Positions 24,615-38,109 of a stretch of DNA of 64,000 nucleotides are shown piece after piece. The position numbers and the translations under genes are program-made. Source of the DNA: Eledone cirrhosa (Eukaryota). Location: assembly GCA_964016885.1 (NCBI GenBank), contig OZ024741.1, positions 98,518,001 to 98,582,000 of the forward strand. Direction: 5' to 3'. Numbering within the stretch: position 1 is the first letter of the stretch; every line of letters starts with the position of its first letter. The notes under the pieces are model-generated. The model was not told the origin of the DNA, did not search any database, and was given only the letters and a program-made list of their open reading frames with translations.

Positions 24615-25915
24615 TTAAATGTTTTTCGTATACCGTGATTACAAGCTATAATCAGTTCTTGTCTTTTATTCAATAAATCGTCCTTAGATTAGTAATTTGC
24701 AAGATCTCTCCAGAACATAATCTGCATTCTCTCCTGTTCCCAAGATATGGAGTTCTTTGTAGAATGGAATCCCATGATAGCTTAAAGTCTATATTTTTCT
24801 TTTTATAGTTATTTACTGCTTCAGCTAAATATGTGTTAGCTAGTTTAGTATTGTTAAAGCTACTGGAGTGTGCGTAATATCTTTTCTTAAATGTGTTCGA
24901 TGTAGATCCTATATACGATTTGTTGGAGTCAGTAGTAGACACAGTGCATTTATATATTACATTATTAATCAAACAGTTGACATTTAAGGGGCAAACGCTT
25001 CTATTTCTGCTACTAAAACCAGACGTAAGATGGTTGTTGGAGCTACCTACATAATTCTCATTAATCCTGGAGCTATTCTTATTGAATTAATGTTAGAGAG
25101 AGAATGGGTGCTGTTTTGTGGGTGATTTAGTGCTGGGGTTGTATTGTAATTTTGTATTATGTTGTTTTTGTGTTGGTGATTTGGGTGGTTGTGTTTTCCA
25201 GATTGAAGAATTGTATTATTTGTCCTTTTAAAAGGTGTAGTCTTATTTAAATTATGTTGTGGTGGTGTGGTCATATTATTTTTAAATTTATAAATGTTGT
25301 AGTTGCTTATTTTCTGTTGGAGATTGTTTGATGTAGAGTATGAAAATTTAACAGTATACCTGTTAAATATTTGGTGGTATCTGTGGTTTGGTGGAAAATG
25401 TTTATGTAGAATTTCGAAGAATTTTGGGGGGATTTGTCCAATAGTTTGCAGGTTGAAGGGTGCGTTGTATCATGTTATGTTTCTTTTGTGGTTTTTAGTT
25501 AAGTTCTTATTCTCACTTATATTTATGTGCTGTGTTCTAGAAGAGTTCGTATTGTTAGTATTTGTATTTGTGGATTTTGGTAAATTACAGTGGTTGTATT
25601 TGATGTTATTATTGAGTAGATAATTAGAGGTTGAATCTTTGGTAGTCATATGTGAGTTGTTAACATTGGTCATAGATCGTGTAGTAATAGTTGTTGTGGT
25701 TTTTCGGTTATTTGGTGTGATAAGAATGACGCCATTAGGCATTTGTTTCGATGGTATTTTTTGGTGTTTGTAGTTTTTCCTAGGTTTTGTAGTATGGTCC
25801 ATAGTAGTGTTGGGGATATATGCAATTTTTTTCTTTATATCCACTTCTAGTTAGGGCCTCGTTGTAGAAGGGTGCATTTTTATAAAATATAACCTCATTG
25901 AAAGATAATTTAGGA
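24615..25915 (-). pseudogene. Degenerate PLE 3' part (RT thumb + GIY-YIG), related to the element at 1-4780
   Basis: FYNEALTRSGY, RNIT*YNAPFN, HFPPNHRYHQIFNRYTVKFSYST, CPLNVNCL, VIYKC..YIGSTS..FKKRYYAH, CRLC. Several frameshifts. Confidence 0.85.
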
Positions 25916-26677
25916 GACCTGAACTTAAGGCAAGTAGTGCTGAAGCTAGTATAGTAACGCACCAGCTTCAACACTCGCTCACCAGATAAAAGGAGTTAGG
26001 TGTTAAAGTTAAACCCACTATATTCAATGCCTACCCATATCTATGTTCATAAATCTAAGGAAACGATCGGAAGAATTCAGTCGCGATCAAAAGCGACCGA
26101 CATCGGGTTTCATTACGAGATAGCTCAGGGAGTCACTTCAAGTAGAGTTGATAAAATATAGTTTCGGTACGACGGATATATTGTTAGTATGTCGAAAGAA
26201 AATAATCTTCAGACTGATTTTACGAGCAAGAAACTGAAAAGATAGACAACGAACAAGTTGGTTGAATAACATCCATGAGCTCGGTTTGTCAGGCTTGTGC
26301 ATCCAGCTGGATCATTTGGAGGCGGCTACTTCTGATAGGACACTATGGAAGGTGTGTCGGAGGACTCTGCCCTCACGACCCTGTTGTTTTAATCAAATAA
26401 ATATCTAACTCCGTTCCTGCACGAGCCACAGGATTCAAAAAGAAAGATTACTGGGTTGCATAACGTAGAGGATTTTCTTACTATTACATCACGATTAACT
26501 TAACGGAATGATCAGTTCTATCCATTGGCAAAACGCAAAACATATATATATATATATACAGAGAGAGAGGGGGTGGATGGATATATAGATATTATGATTC
26601 GTACAAATGATACTCCAGTTGGAATCCTTTGGAAAATAGAAAAAAGCTAGTTTGGTTTTCTAATACATAAACTCATA

Positions 26678-26786
<109 letters not shown>

Positions 26787-27839
26787 GTGTGCGTGTGTGT
26801 GTGTGTGTTTGCACGCGTAGATACGCCAATAATCCCTATAGACACATCTGTAGGAGCACTTCCCGCTGCCACAGTTTGACAGCACCATTGTAATAACTGT
26901 TATAAGACTACAAGATCTACAATCTACTTGGAATGTGAGACAATACAATTTTCTGATGACATGACAATCAATCACTTATATGACCCCGTCAGCGACAGTG
27001 CAATCTACTATCCATGAGGTTCTGAGTTCAATTTCCGCTTAACTAATTGTACCGCCTGAAAATATTATTTCTTGCAGTTTTTTGGGGGTTTTTTTTCGTC
27101 TTGTTTTTGTTAAGTTTTCTAAATTCTTTTCTTCACTGGAAAAAAAAAAATGAAGAAAAGGGGCTGATGTTTAGGTTTTGGGTATTCTGCATCATATTTG
27201 ACATGTTTATTCTATGAAAGGAAATATATAAGTAGTTACGAAAAATGTAAAAAAAAAAAAGCATTAAAATATCGTGATTAGTTGAGACGGTTGACACCTC
27301 TCACTTGAAATGTCATGATCAAATTCCAGGAAAAATCAAGTGAAGGGAAACTGCGTTGATTCTTTCCAGGGCCTAAAAACAATAGTGTGGTGTTTTGTAA
27401 AGAATATTTTTCATTACTCTGCCGATTTCTTGCCATCATTCCGTTTAATCTTCCCTCTGCTATCTGTTTCTTTATTTATCTTCTTGCTTGTCTTCCTGTC
27501 TATGTTTCTTTACCTATCTCTCTTCTAGATATCTATAGATGTTTCTATATAACTATCTATCTATTTCCGCTGACTATAAGGTAAAGCATTAAAACCTAAG
27601 CTGATAAAGTTTGGCGGTATATTATTTTGTTATCCTGTAATTGTATTACAGTATATTCTTAAATAACAGTAAACCACAGAGGCTACAATAACATAAATGC
27701 CAGAATGAGTTCATATATAAATGTGCAATAAGTACATACATTTTTACGTGTATAGACATACATATTATATATATATATAAATATAACGTGTGTGTTTGTG
27801 TGTGTTTATACACACACGCATATATATATATATATATAA

Positions 27840-28140
27840 CAGATAAAATAAAAATGGTGTAGACATACAATACAACAGGAGGAACATAATAGTACCACTG
27901 ATGAGGTTGCAGATGTGCAACGAAAGAACTTTGTTAGACTATATATATGTGTTTATATCTATATTATATCTGTATTTTTTACCGTTGATCAGTCAGTGAT
28001 GAACATTGAGGACCAAATGAATTAACTGTGGAGATATAAAAGATACAGAAGCGAAAACCAACCAGCAGTGAGTGTGTTCTGTTATTATTTCTGGCAATAT
28101 TATTACAACAATATAACCCTCCCCAAGTATAACAATATAT
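27840..28140 (+). mobile_element. Solo pLTR related to the PLE at 6356-8590, with an HHR at 27893-27936
   Basis: TACCA-CTGATGA-G-GTTGCA gatg TGCAAC-GAAA-GAACTT-TGTTA. Its 3' end ACCCTCCCCAAGTATAACAATAT matches 8514-8536. Confidence 0.75.
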
Positions 28141-28160
28141 AAATATATATATATATATAT

Positions 28161-28355
28161 ACGATGGTCGGCTGAAACGTTCATAGGCTGACTGTGAAGG
28201 ATTGATTCTAGAGCTGTGAAATCATGAATGCATTGATTCCAACTCTTCGTATTAATAAATGCATTGTTTGTTTATAGTGGGTGATAAAAATAAACCTGAT
28301 TTGATCATTCCATGAGACAATGTTGATCAGCTTATGAATCTTTCAGCTGCCCCTT
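28161..28355. mobile_element. Mariner-type MITE (~195 bp)
   Basis: Imperfect TIRs GCTGAAACGTTCATAGGCTGA / TCAGCTTATGAATCTTTCAGC, in a TA context. Confidence 0.65.
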
Positions 28356-28536
28356 ATTATTATTTTTTCCATTTTTTTTTGCCACTTTTGATTCTTTAAC
28401 GTTATTTTCTTTGCTATTTTCCTTTGAGTTATTGCTGATGTAGAGAAAATGCCCAAAACCTTGATTATGTAACACATTATTCTTTCTCCAAGCATGAGAC
28501 TAATACTCTTATTGTATTTTCTTGTTTTTCGTTTCG

Positions 28537-28574
<38 letters not shown>

Positions 28575-29113
28575 AGTGTAATTTTCTACACAAAACGAAG
28601 GTTATAGAGAAAATTGAGGTTGGTAATGGCACATGGAATATATAAGAGACAGAATACTTTTTTGTGAAAAAACATAATTTTATAAGGTAAGGAAATAATA
28701 AAGGGTATAAAAATGACTGGTTTCGATGGGACTGCAAAAGCCATCTTTTCAAATGTTGATTAATATTAAGAAAAATTAATAATACGAAGAGTTAAAATTT
28801 GAGACTTGAAAATTCAAGTATAAAATTCATTGTGGGATTTCATAGCAGTTTTCATCTAGGTAGCAACAACAGGTTGACTGCTGTGTCCCTTTCTGGTAGT
28901 GAATGAGAAGTTATTTGGGGTGTGGGTTATTTTATAAAGGTCAGATTTAGCAATCACCAACTGGCCAGCTGCTGGTCAGTGAGGGGGTGGAAGCAATATA
29001 CATACACATATCTTCCTGTGATGGGTAGGAGAGTGGAGCGTGATAGAAAGGGATTTAGTGCACTTACACCTATATATACACACATACCTTCATCCACACA
29101 TACATACATATAC

Positions 29114-29168
<55 letters not shown>

Positions 29169-29233
29169 CACACATACATACACACACACATACATATACA
29201 TACACACATACACACACACACATATATACACAT

Positions 29234-29282
<49 letters not shown>

Positions 29283-29321
29283 TATATATACATACACATA
29301 CATCCAGATACACACATACAT

Positions 29322-29403
<82 letters not shown>

Positions 29404-29933
29404 CCCCACACATACATACACACACACATATATATATACATACACACATACAAACATACACACACACACACACACATATATATACACACATACACACACA
29501 TATATATACACACACACACACACACACGCATATATATATATATATACACATACGCATACATCCAGATACGCACATACATACACACACACACACACACGCA
29601 CACACAATACATACATCCACATGCACACACATACACACACACACACATATACACATACATACACCCACACACAGAGAAATGGCCTTCAAATATATATATA
29701 TATATATACATACAGACACATATATTTTTTCCATAATATAAGAAGTTGGGGCAGTGAAATTAAAATACAAGTCATTCTGATCACATTGAGTTCTTCATGT
29801 AGATTGGGCCCCGCAACCGACAGTGGTGAATTCTGTGTGCGCATATATATATAGATATATGTGTGTGCACGTGCAGGGTTTAACATGGATGTGTTGGTCA
29901 CACAAAGGCATGGTCTGTCAATGAATAAACCTG

Positions 29934-31120
29934 CTACGAAAGTAGCACCCACATATGCCAACCTAGTCATGGGATTCCATGAACAACAAATATACAGTCA
30001 GTCCCTTCTCTTATTTGGAGACTCTTTCCACACACACCTTAAAGCCAATTGGAAAAGATATCTAGACGACTGCCTTATCCTATGGCAAGAAGACATGAAC
30101 TCACTTACTACGTTTAAAAACATGATAAACAACATAGATAATAACATACAATTCACAATGGAATCCAATCCTAAGGAATTAGCCTTCTTGGATATTCTCA
30201 TCTCTGTAATAGACGGGAAATTAGATACAGATATATTCTATAAACCCACAGATTCCAAGCAATACCTCTTTTTCACATCAAGTCACCCAAAACATACAAA
30301 ACTTAACATTCCTTACAATTTGGCCAAACGTATATGTACCATAGTATCAGATCCACCTAAACGGGAGCAAAGACTAAAGGAACTAAAAGACACCCTTATC
30401 TTAAGAGCCTTTCCACTTGAAATAATCAACAATGGAATAGACAGGGCAAAACACCTAAATCCCCATCAACTTAACAATCCAAAACAGAAAACCACACTCA
30501 ACACCCTGCCATATGTATCCACTTTCAACCCCAGAAATACCGAAATGTTTGATCACCTACACAAAAACCTCCCCATCCTACTTAAAGATGTAAAAATGAA
30601 GTCTATTCTTGAAACACACAAGATCCTTAAAAGTAAAAGACAACCCAAATCACTTAAACGCATTCTCACTGGACCAAATATACCCAAACCAATCCTCAAC
30701 CCTACAGTTACCAAATGTGGTAGAACAAACTGTGGAACGTGCCTCTACCTCACTGAAGGACAAACATTTACATTCAAAGATGGCCAAACATTTACAGTAA
30801 AAAACAATTTCACCTGCAACTCGGAGAACTTGATTTACGCAATAACTTGCGGTGGGTGCAAACACAACTACATAGGACAGACGGGCACCTCATTACGCAA
30901 AAGAATGACCATCCACCGCCAACAAATCCGGGACGCTAACACAAGAAAAATCCCCTTGAGCAGCCATATTGCGAACTGCGCAGGAATGACACTACCCAAC
31001 TTTAAAATCTTCCCCTTCTACAAGTGCTCAGATTCGTTCACACAACAACAAAGAATAAACAAAGAAAATCTATTCCTTAACAAATTTAAACCAAAACTAA
31101 ACGGGTTATCACCCCAATAG
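29934..31120 (+). CDS. PLE RT C-terminal half + GIY-YIG endonuclease (open frame, 5'-truncated)
   Basis: TKVAPTYANLVMG, WKRYLDDC, LAFLD, FYKPTD, SSHPKH, linker CGRTNCGTC, LIYAITCGGC..YIGQT..RMTIH..SSH (CCHH). The ORF-track residues before 29934 come from the inverted arm. Confidence 0.9.
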
Positions 31121-31604
31121 AATTGTCATAAAATATAAACACACATACGCACGGAATCACTACTATTAAAGACCAGAGACCAATTCTGTAGAATCAGGTT
31201 GATTCATTGACAGACCATGCCTTTGTGTGACCAACACATCCATGTTAAACCCTGCACGTGCACACACATATATCTATATATATATGCGCACACAGAATTC
31301 ACCACTGTCGGTTGCGGGGCCCAATCTACATGAAGAACTCAATGTGATCAGAATGACTTGTATTTTAATTTCACTGCCCCAACTTCTTATATTATGGAAA
31401 AAATATATGTGTCTGTATGTATATATATATATATATATTTGAAGGCCATTTCTCTGTGTGTGGGTGTATGTATGTGTATATGTGTGTGTGTGTGTATGTG
31501 TGTGCATGTGGATGTATGTATTGTGTGTGCGTGTGTGTGTGTGTGTGTGTGTATGTATGTGGGTATCTGGATGTATGCGTATGTGTATATATATATATAT
31601 ATGC

Positions 31605-31635
<31 letters not shown>

Positions 31636-31726
31636 TGTGTGTATGTGTGTATATATATGTGTGTGTGTGTGTGTATGTTTGTATGTGTGTATGTATATAT
31701 ATATGTGTGTGTGTATGTATGTGTGG

Positions 31727-31772
<46 letters not shown>

Positions 31773-31837
31773 ATATATATATATGTGTGTGTGTGTGTAT
31801 GTATGTGTGTATCTGGATGTATGTGTATGTATATATA

Positions 31838-31888
<51 letters not shown>

Positions 31889-31953
31889 ATGTGTATATAT
31901 GTGTGTGTGTGTATGTGTGTATGTATATGTATGTGTGTGTGTATGTGTGTGTG

Positions 31954-31996
<43 letters not shown>

Positions 31997-32352
31997 GTAT
32001 ATGTATGTATGTGTGGATGAAGGTATGTGTGTATATATAGGTGTAAGTGCACTAAATCCCTTTCTATCACGCTCCACTCTCCTACCCATCACAGGAAGAT
32101 ATGTGTATGTATATTGCTTCCACCCCCTCACTGACCAGCAGCTGGCCAGTTGGTGATTGCTAAATCTGACCTTTATAAAATAACCCACACCCCAAATAAC
32201 TTCTCATTCACTACCAGAAAGGGACACAGCAGTCAACCTGTTGTTGCTACCTAGATGAAAACTGCTATGAAATCCCACAATGAATTTTATACTTGAATTT
32301 TCAAGTCTCAAATTTTAACTCTTCGTATTATTAATTTTTCTTAATATTAATC

Positions 32353-32400
32353 AACATTTGAAAAGATGGCTTTTGCAGACCCATCGAAACCGGTCATTTT
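32353..32400 (+). ncRNA. Degenerate minimal hammerhead in the PLE 3' arm (inverted copy ~28710-28757)
   Basis: AACAT-TTGAAAA-GATGG..CCATC-GAAA-CCGG-TC-ATTTT, with palindrome ACCGGT and a GUC triplet. The core has C3U and G8A. Confidence 0.6.
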
Positions 32401-32519
32401 TTATACCCTTTATTATTTCCTTACCTTATAAAATTATGTTTTTTCACAAAAAAGTATTCTGTCTCTTATATATTCCATGTGCCATTACCAACCTCAATTT
32501 TCTCTCTATATATATATAT

Positions 32520-33140
32520 ATAAGTATGTTTACGTACATACATATATGTATACAGACGTACAGTAGTATGTATATATATATACATACATGCACACATATA
32601 TATATATGTACGTATGGGTTTACCGAACATTTATTATAATGTTCGGTTTGTATGTAAACAAACAGCCCGAATTAATCCGTACAGTGTTCGGCAACCATCG
32701 TCGCCCGTTTGTTCACACATTGACAAAGGAACGATGAGCTAGTTTCAAGCTTATTAGCTATCGTCAGCATCGTATACCATCCTGTTAGATGATAGAACGT
32801 TTGAAAGTATATACTTTCCTTATGCATATTAACGGCTCAGCAGCCAAATTTGCATATCGAGTGAGTTAGTCGGCCGGGCGTACCAAAAAAGATAAATGGA
32901 AAAGAATGAAATTTCATTTCATTTCACACCCTTAGTACGGCTGATACTTAAATATAAGTATGTATACCTACATACATATATGTATACAGACGTACAGTAG
33001 TGTGTATATATATACATACATGAACACATATATATACATGTACGTATGGTTTTACCGAACATTTATTATAATGTTTGGTTTGTTTGTAAACAAACAGCCC
33101 GAATTAAGCCATTACAGTGTTCGGCAACCATCGTCGCCCT
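32520..33140 (-). mobile_element. Retrozyme-like HHR element, locus 2 (~1.4 units; HHR at 32731-32773)
   Basis: 32520-32706 is repeated at ~32955-33138. HHR ACGATG-CTGACGA..GAAA-CTAG-CT-CATCGT has a mutated cleavage site. Confidence 0.8.
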
Positions 33141-33331
33141 TTCATTCTTTTCCATATATATATATATGTTTCACCAGTCTAACTTGAGTTGTCCTCCTTG
33201 TCTATGAACTTTTACATGACCGACATTCTTCGTATAGACGTCCGTTTTTCGGCTATAACTCATTCACTCGAGTCGAAAATCAGCAATGTAACCCGCCCGT
33301 CCTCGAAAATGATTCATTGACTGTTGTGGAA

Positions 33332-33383
<52 letters not shown>

Positions 33384-33664
33384 TTGAGGGGACAAGCATG
33401 AAGCTAGTACCGGTTGCATGTCAGAGTACTCAATAGGTAATATTATGGTAATATTATGTTAAATCCCAGAGTAGACACTTAGTTCAATGCAATACACGTA
33501 AATGGGTACCTTCAATGGGTACCCGTACTCGATTTTCGGCCATATTATATATATGAATAAGGTGAAATATTTATTCCCGGTATGGTGAACTCACTGTTGT
33601 GGATCTACTTATATATATATATATATATATGCTATGTCTCTCCATTCATATATATAATATATAT

Positions 33665-33700
<36 letters not shown>

Positions 33701-33736
33701 GTGCGTGTGTGTGTGTGTGTGTGTGCGCGTGCGTGC

Positions 33737-33801
<65 letters not shown>

Positions 33802-34656
33802 AAAAATTAAACGAAAATTAATGAGCATAGAAGTGGCTGCATTGTTAAGGATCAAACATTGAGATTTAATCGCCATTGACATTTGTAGTTCAAGAAAATC
33901 GAATTAAATTTTTTTTCCATTATATCAAAATTTGTGTATAGTGGAAAGGTTTAGCGGTATCAAAGACAAACATCCTTGCGAATCTATGTTGATCGATAAT
34001 ATAAAATACTATTCAGTGTCTATACTTCTGATCTAGATAACCTTAGCTTTTGCCAACAACGTCGTACTAATTTATTAATCTGATGTTGAACAAATTATGC
34101 ATACAAAGCTAAACATTTTGTTTTTCAATAACATATCTGAATTAAAAGAACCTGTGTTTAAGTGTCTAATGCTTCCGGGGATACTACGATTTGGGCACTA
34201 TGGTGTAAATATGAGAAAATAGCGCTGTTTATATCTTGAATCTGCTTCATATAAGATTCCCAACTTGCTTGTAAGTATATTGAGAGATGAGGACATTGTT
34301 TCGCATTGCATAAACAACTGTCAATTATATGTATTTTGAAAAAGACCGTATATATGTATGTATATATTTATTTAAGGAATAGTTTTTAAGGGTTATTCTA
34401 ATTCTGTTCTCTGAGTTCAAATCATCAAAGGTCATCTTTATATTCCTAGATCGCGTTGAATTGGCCGTATTGTGAAAGTTCCAGATCAGAAGGTATGTGA
34501 TATATCTTTCGTCTTTATGCGAATGTTCAAATTTAATGTTCAAATCCTGCATCTCATCTGCGGAAATAGCCTGGCACAACGGTAAATGTAGTTATTTAGG
34601 GACCTTTTAATCTTGCAATGTCAAAATTTTTTATGCATACGCAATTATCAGCAACC

Positions 34657-34740
<84 letters not shown>

Positions 34741-34788
34741 GGAAGCATAAAGCAGGCTTTGTTTTAGAAAAGACTAGCGAATTTGAAA

Positions 34789-35169
34789 ATTAGGTAGCAA
34801 CATGTGCTTACGCCGTATTTGACTAAATAGAATTAGTCTGTTAGTTGGGATTTTAAAAAACCCTCTGAATGGAAAAAAAGATGGGTACTGACGTACATGG
34901 TGCATGGATCCACATCTTTGGTTTGCCGTCTCCCTATTTATATTCATATATATACATGCTATTGTTACATAGCTTCTAATTGAAGGAAAGAAAGCATTGA
35001 TAGCGTGTTGGTGTAATGCTAACACATTGGTCCGGCAAACCAAATATATTGGTTCGTGTCCCATGTACGTCAATACTCATCGTTTTTCTCATTCAGAGGG
35101 TTTTTAAAAAATCCCAACAGGCTAATTCTATTTAGTCAAATACGGCGTAAGCACATATTACTACCTAAT
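34789..35169. mobile_element. Fold-back / MITE-like element with ~140-bp inverted arms
   Basis: 34789-34928 is the reverse complement of 35033-35169 with a few indels. The spacer is ~105 nt. Confidence 0.7.
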
Positions 35170-35809
35170 ATAGTTATATATAGACACATATATAAATACT
35201 CAACGCTCTAAAGTAACAGGGTATTGATGACATAATATATCATATGTGTATGTATGCTTGTGTACGGTTTGGATATGTATATATATATATATATTATATT
35301 ATATCATATTATATTATGTTGTATTATGTATGTATATGTGAGTTTAATTGTGTGATGTATATACATATGTGTATGTGTGCATACATAAGCACACATGTAT
35401 GTATGCCAGCACATCAAAGCTTTTAAAATTAGGGAGAAGAAGAAGAAGAAGAAGAAGAAGAAGAACTATCCACCACAAGTACAATAGCAGCAATAATAAA
35501 AACAAGAATCTTAATGTTGAAGCCTTTCAAAGTAATATATTTTAAGTAACATTTTACGGAATGTTTTCTTTGAATTTCTTCATAGAATGTCGAATGTAAG
35601 AAGCAGGCCCATATCCACTTTTCCTGCAGCCACCTCTTACTAACTTCTGTAAGAATTATTGATGGGGATATTTAGTTCACTGGTTGTTAATTAAAACGAA
35701 CTTTGTAACGTAATAAAGAAGAAATATATCACCGTTACGATGTTTGTATTTTCAGTGATTAATTGTTCAATAGATAGACAGACAGACAGATAGATAGAGA
35801 GATAGATAT

Positions 35810-36813
35810 GTTTCTTTTATTTGCCACCAGGGCATCAAAAGTGGGACAAGTACAATGCGGGGAGTTTACAAAACAAGGCGTCCTCAATAAGGAGGAGGCA
35901 ATAACAATATATAAAAATAAAATAATATATAACAAAAAATAAAATTTATAACAAAGTCCTCAATAGAGAGGAGGCGCCTTGGGGGGTCGCACACACCCCC
36001 GAAAAAAAGTGTGCAACCCTTTTCCTCAGGAGCACAGAGAAGGGGTGCTCCCTTGGTCTTTCATCTTCCTCACCTATAGTCTGATGTAGAGTGAAGGCCC
36101 ATTCACACGGGCAATTCTCGCCACTTTCACCCATCTTTCATAAAAACGGCTGGGGTGCAGCACCTCTCTCTCCATCCTGATCCTTCTTCCGAAATGATAT
36201 CGGAAGAAACGGACCAGTTGTTGGCCAGAGAGAAAGGTGTCTGACTTCAGTCCTTTCAGACGCGTCCACCATACAACCTCTTTCGCCATGGATATTACGC
36301 ACAGAAACACCGCCTCTTCTTCGTTTTTGAAGAGGGGAGGCGGCTTGATCGTTACAATAGACTCGGTGGTCAACCAGATCGGTCCCACCCTTGACAGCAG
36401 TTGTTCGACATAGCCCCACAGATCGGCAATGCCCGAGCAGTGTACCAATGCGTGTGCAACGGTTTCCTCGTCGCACACGCATCTGGGACAGATCTTTTTT
36501 GAGGGGTCCCTACCCGGGCGCCCGTGTCTGTAGAGCCTTTCTCGAACTGGCAGAGCCCTTCTGTAGCATTGCCAGGCCAGGGACCTCTGGAAGTTATCCA
36601 TGGGTCCCGGGCTGAATGTCCTACCGAACAGGTTGGCCAGTTCGTCTTCCTCCATGCCTAGGGCTTCTCCGAGGGCGTCGTCGCGCCTGCTAACCACCAG
36701 CCTTCTATAGAATGACGAGGTGGATTCTCCACTGACAGCCGGGTCCGCCTGCCAGAGAGCCGTGAGCGCCTGGGCACACTCGGTGTGCCAGGCGCCCAGT
36801 TTTCTCGGTCTTT
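35810..36813 (-). mobile_element. 5'-truncated L1/Tx1-type LINE 3' end in (GATA)n
   Basis: ORF2 C-terminus with LAWQCYRRALPVRERL and the CPRC..ETVAHALVHC zinc knuckle (zf-RVT). The 3' UTR ends GGCAAATAAAAGAAA. Confidence 0.88.
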
Positions 36814-36834
36814 AGATAGATAGATAGATAGATA

Positions 36835-37252
36835 TCTTACTTTATTTGCCACAGGGGCGTACAAAAATGGGACATTATAAGACGTGGCGGCGGGGGCTTT
36901 ACATAAAAATCATATAACTTTAACATTAATAAATAACAATAAACTATATATAATAAAATAACAATTGAAATCCCTAATATCGTGCAGAACGGTTTCGAAG
37001 TCCCGCTCGCATCTTGGACAGGTCTTTTTGGCAGGATCTCTGCCAGGGCGTCCGTGCCTGTAGATTTTGTCTCGAACTGGTAGAGCTCCTCGGTAGCACT
37101 GCCAGGCTAGAGACCTCTGGAAGTAATCCATAGGCCCTGGACGGAAAGTCCTCCCGTCGTACTTATCCTCCACTGATCCCCTATAGAATGTCGAAGTGGG
37201 GTTGATTGCCGGTTCTGCTTGGTAGAGGGCTGTGAGCGCCTGAAGGCACTCA
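36835..37252 (-). mobile_element. Related Tx1-type LINE subfamily fragment with internal deletions, in (GATA)n
   Basis: ECLQALTALYQ..FYRG..GRTFRPGPMDYFQRSLAWQCYRG..CPRC..ETV. The 3' UTR is diverged but has the same GTGGCAAATAAA end. Confidence 0.85.
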
Positions 37253-37318
<66 letters not shown>

Positions 37319-37901
37319 GAATAGATAGATAGATAGATAAATGGGTTACTGGATGAGTGAATAGTTAGATATATGGTTAGCTTTATATATACATATAAGT
37401 GCACAAACTCAGACACGTACACACCTTCACCAACACCAATACACACACGCAGACATGTACACACCTACACCAACACAAATACACACACACACCCACACAT
37501 ATACATAATATATATACATATATACATATATATATAGAGAGAGATATATACATTCATATATATACATAGAGAGAGGGGTTGGAGGGTTGAACTTCATAAT
37601 CTTCTTTCATGATTTTCGTTAGCAGGTGTATACTGAGGTACATGTAATGTAAAATGTTACGACTACATGTCTATGGAAGCTGATGGTTACGAATGAAAAA
37701 TGGAAAACAGGCGGTGAGGTGGATAAAGAGCCGTGAAAAGAATTGCATATTCCAGGTATGTCGACACTAAGGGTGGCTAAATGACAGCTGCCATAGATTT
37801 AATTCCATATGTAATTAGCCAGGGAGATTCACCTAATATATAGCTATATGTATATATACATCACACACACACACATACACACGCACACATATTCAGACAC
37901 A

Positions 37902-37955
<54 letters not shown>

Positions 37956-38022
37956 CAAGGTTTAGCAAATAAGAAAAAGTTTCAAAATAAATTTCAAAAC
38001 ATTCACTGTACTCACTATGGTT

Positions 38023-38109
38023 ACCTTTACCAAATCGGTTTCGAGTCTCAAAAATAAATAGACACACCCTGCGGCCTTCCATTGAAAAGATAAACTCTCG
38101 TCAGAAGGT
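38023..38109 (-). ncRNA. Type I hammerhead ribozyme with a fully canonical core and long loop II
   Basis: ACCTT-CTGACGA-GAGTTT [~43 nt] AGACTC-GAAA-CCG att TGG-TA-AAGGT. All three stems pair and the triplet is GUA. Confidence 0.85.

Larger units (their letters stand above)
28606..32505 (+). mobile_element. 5'-truncated PLE (Neptune-like) between ~1.3-kb inverted repeats
   Basis: 28606-29933 is the near-identical reverse complement of 31195-32505. The centre encodes RT-GIY-YIG. Confidence 0.92.

Noticed and set aside
26090-26372. Possible RTE 3' relic (LEAATSDRTLWK)
   Set aside because: A single weak motif, too degraded to support a call.
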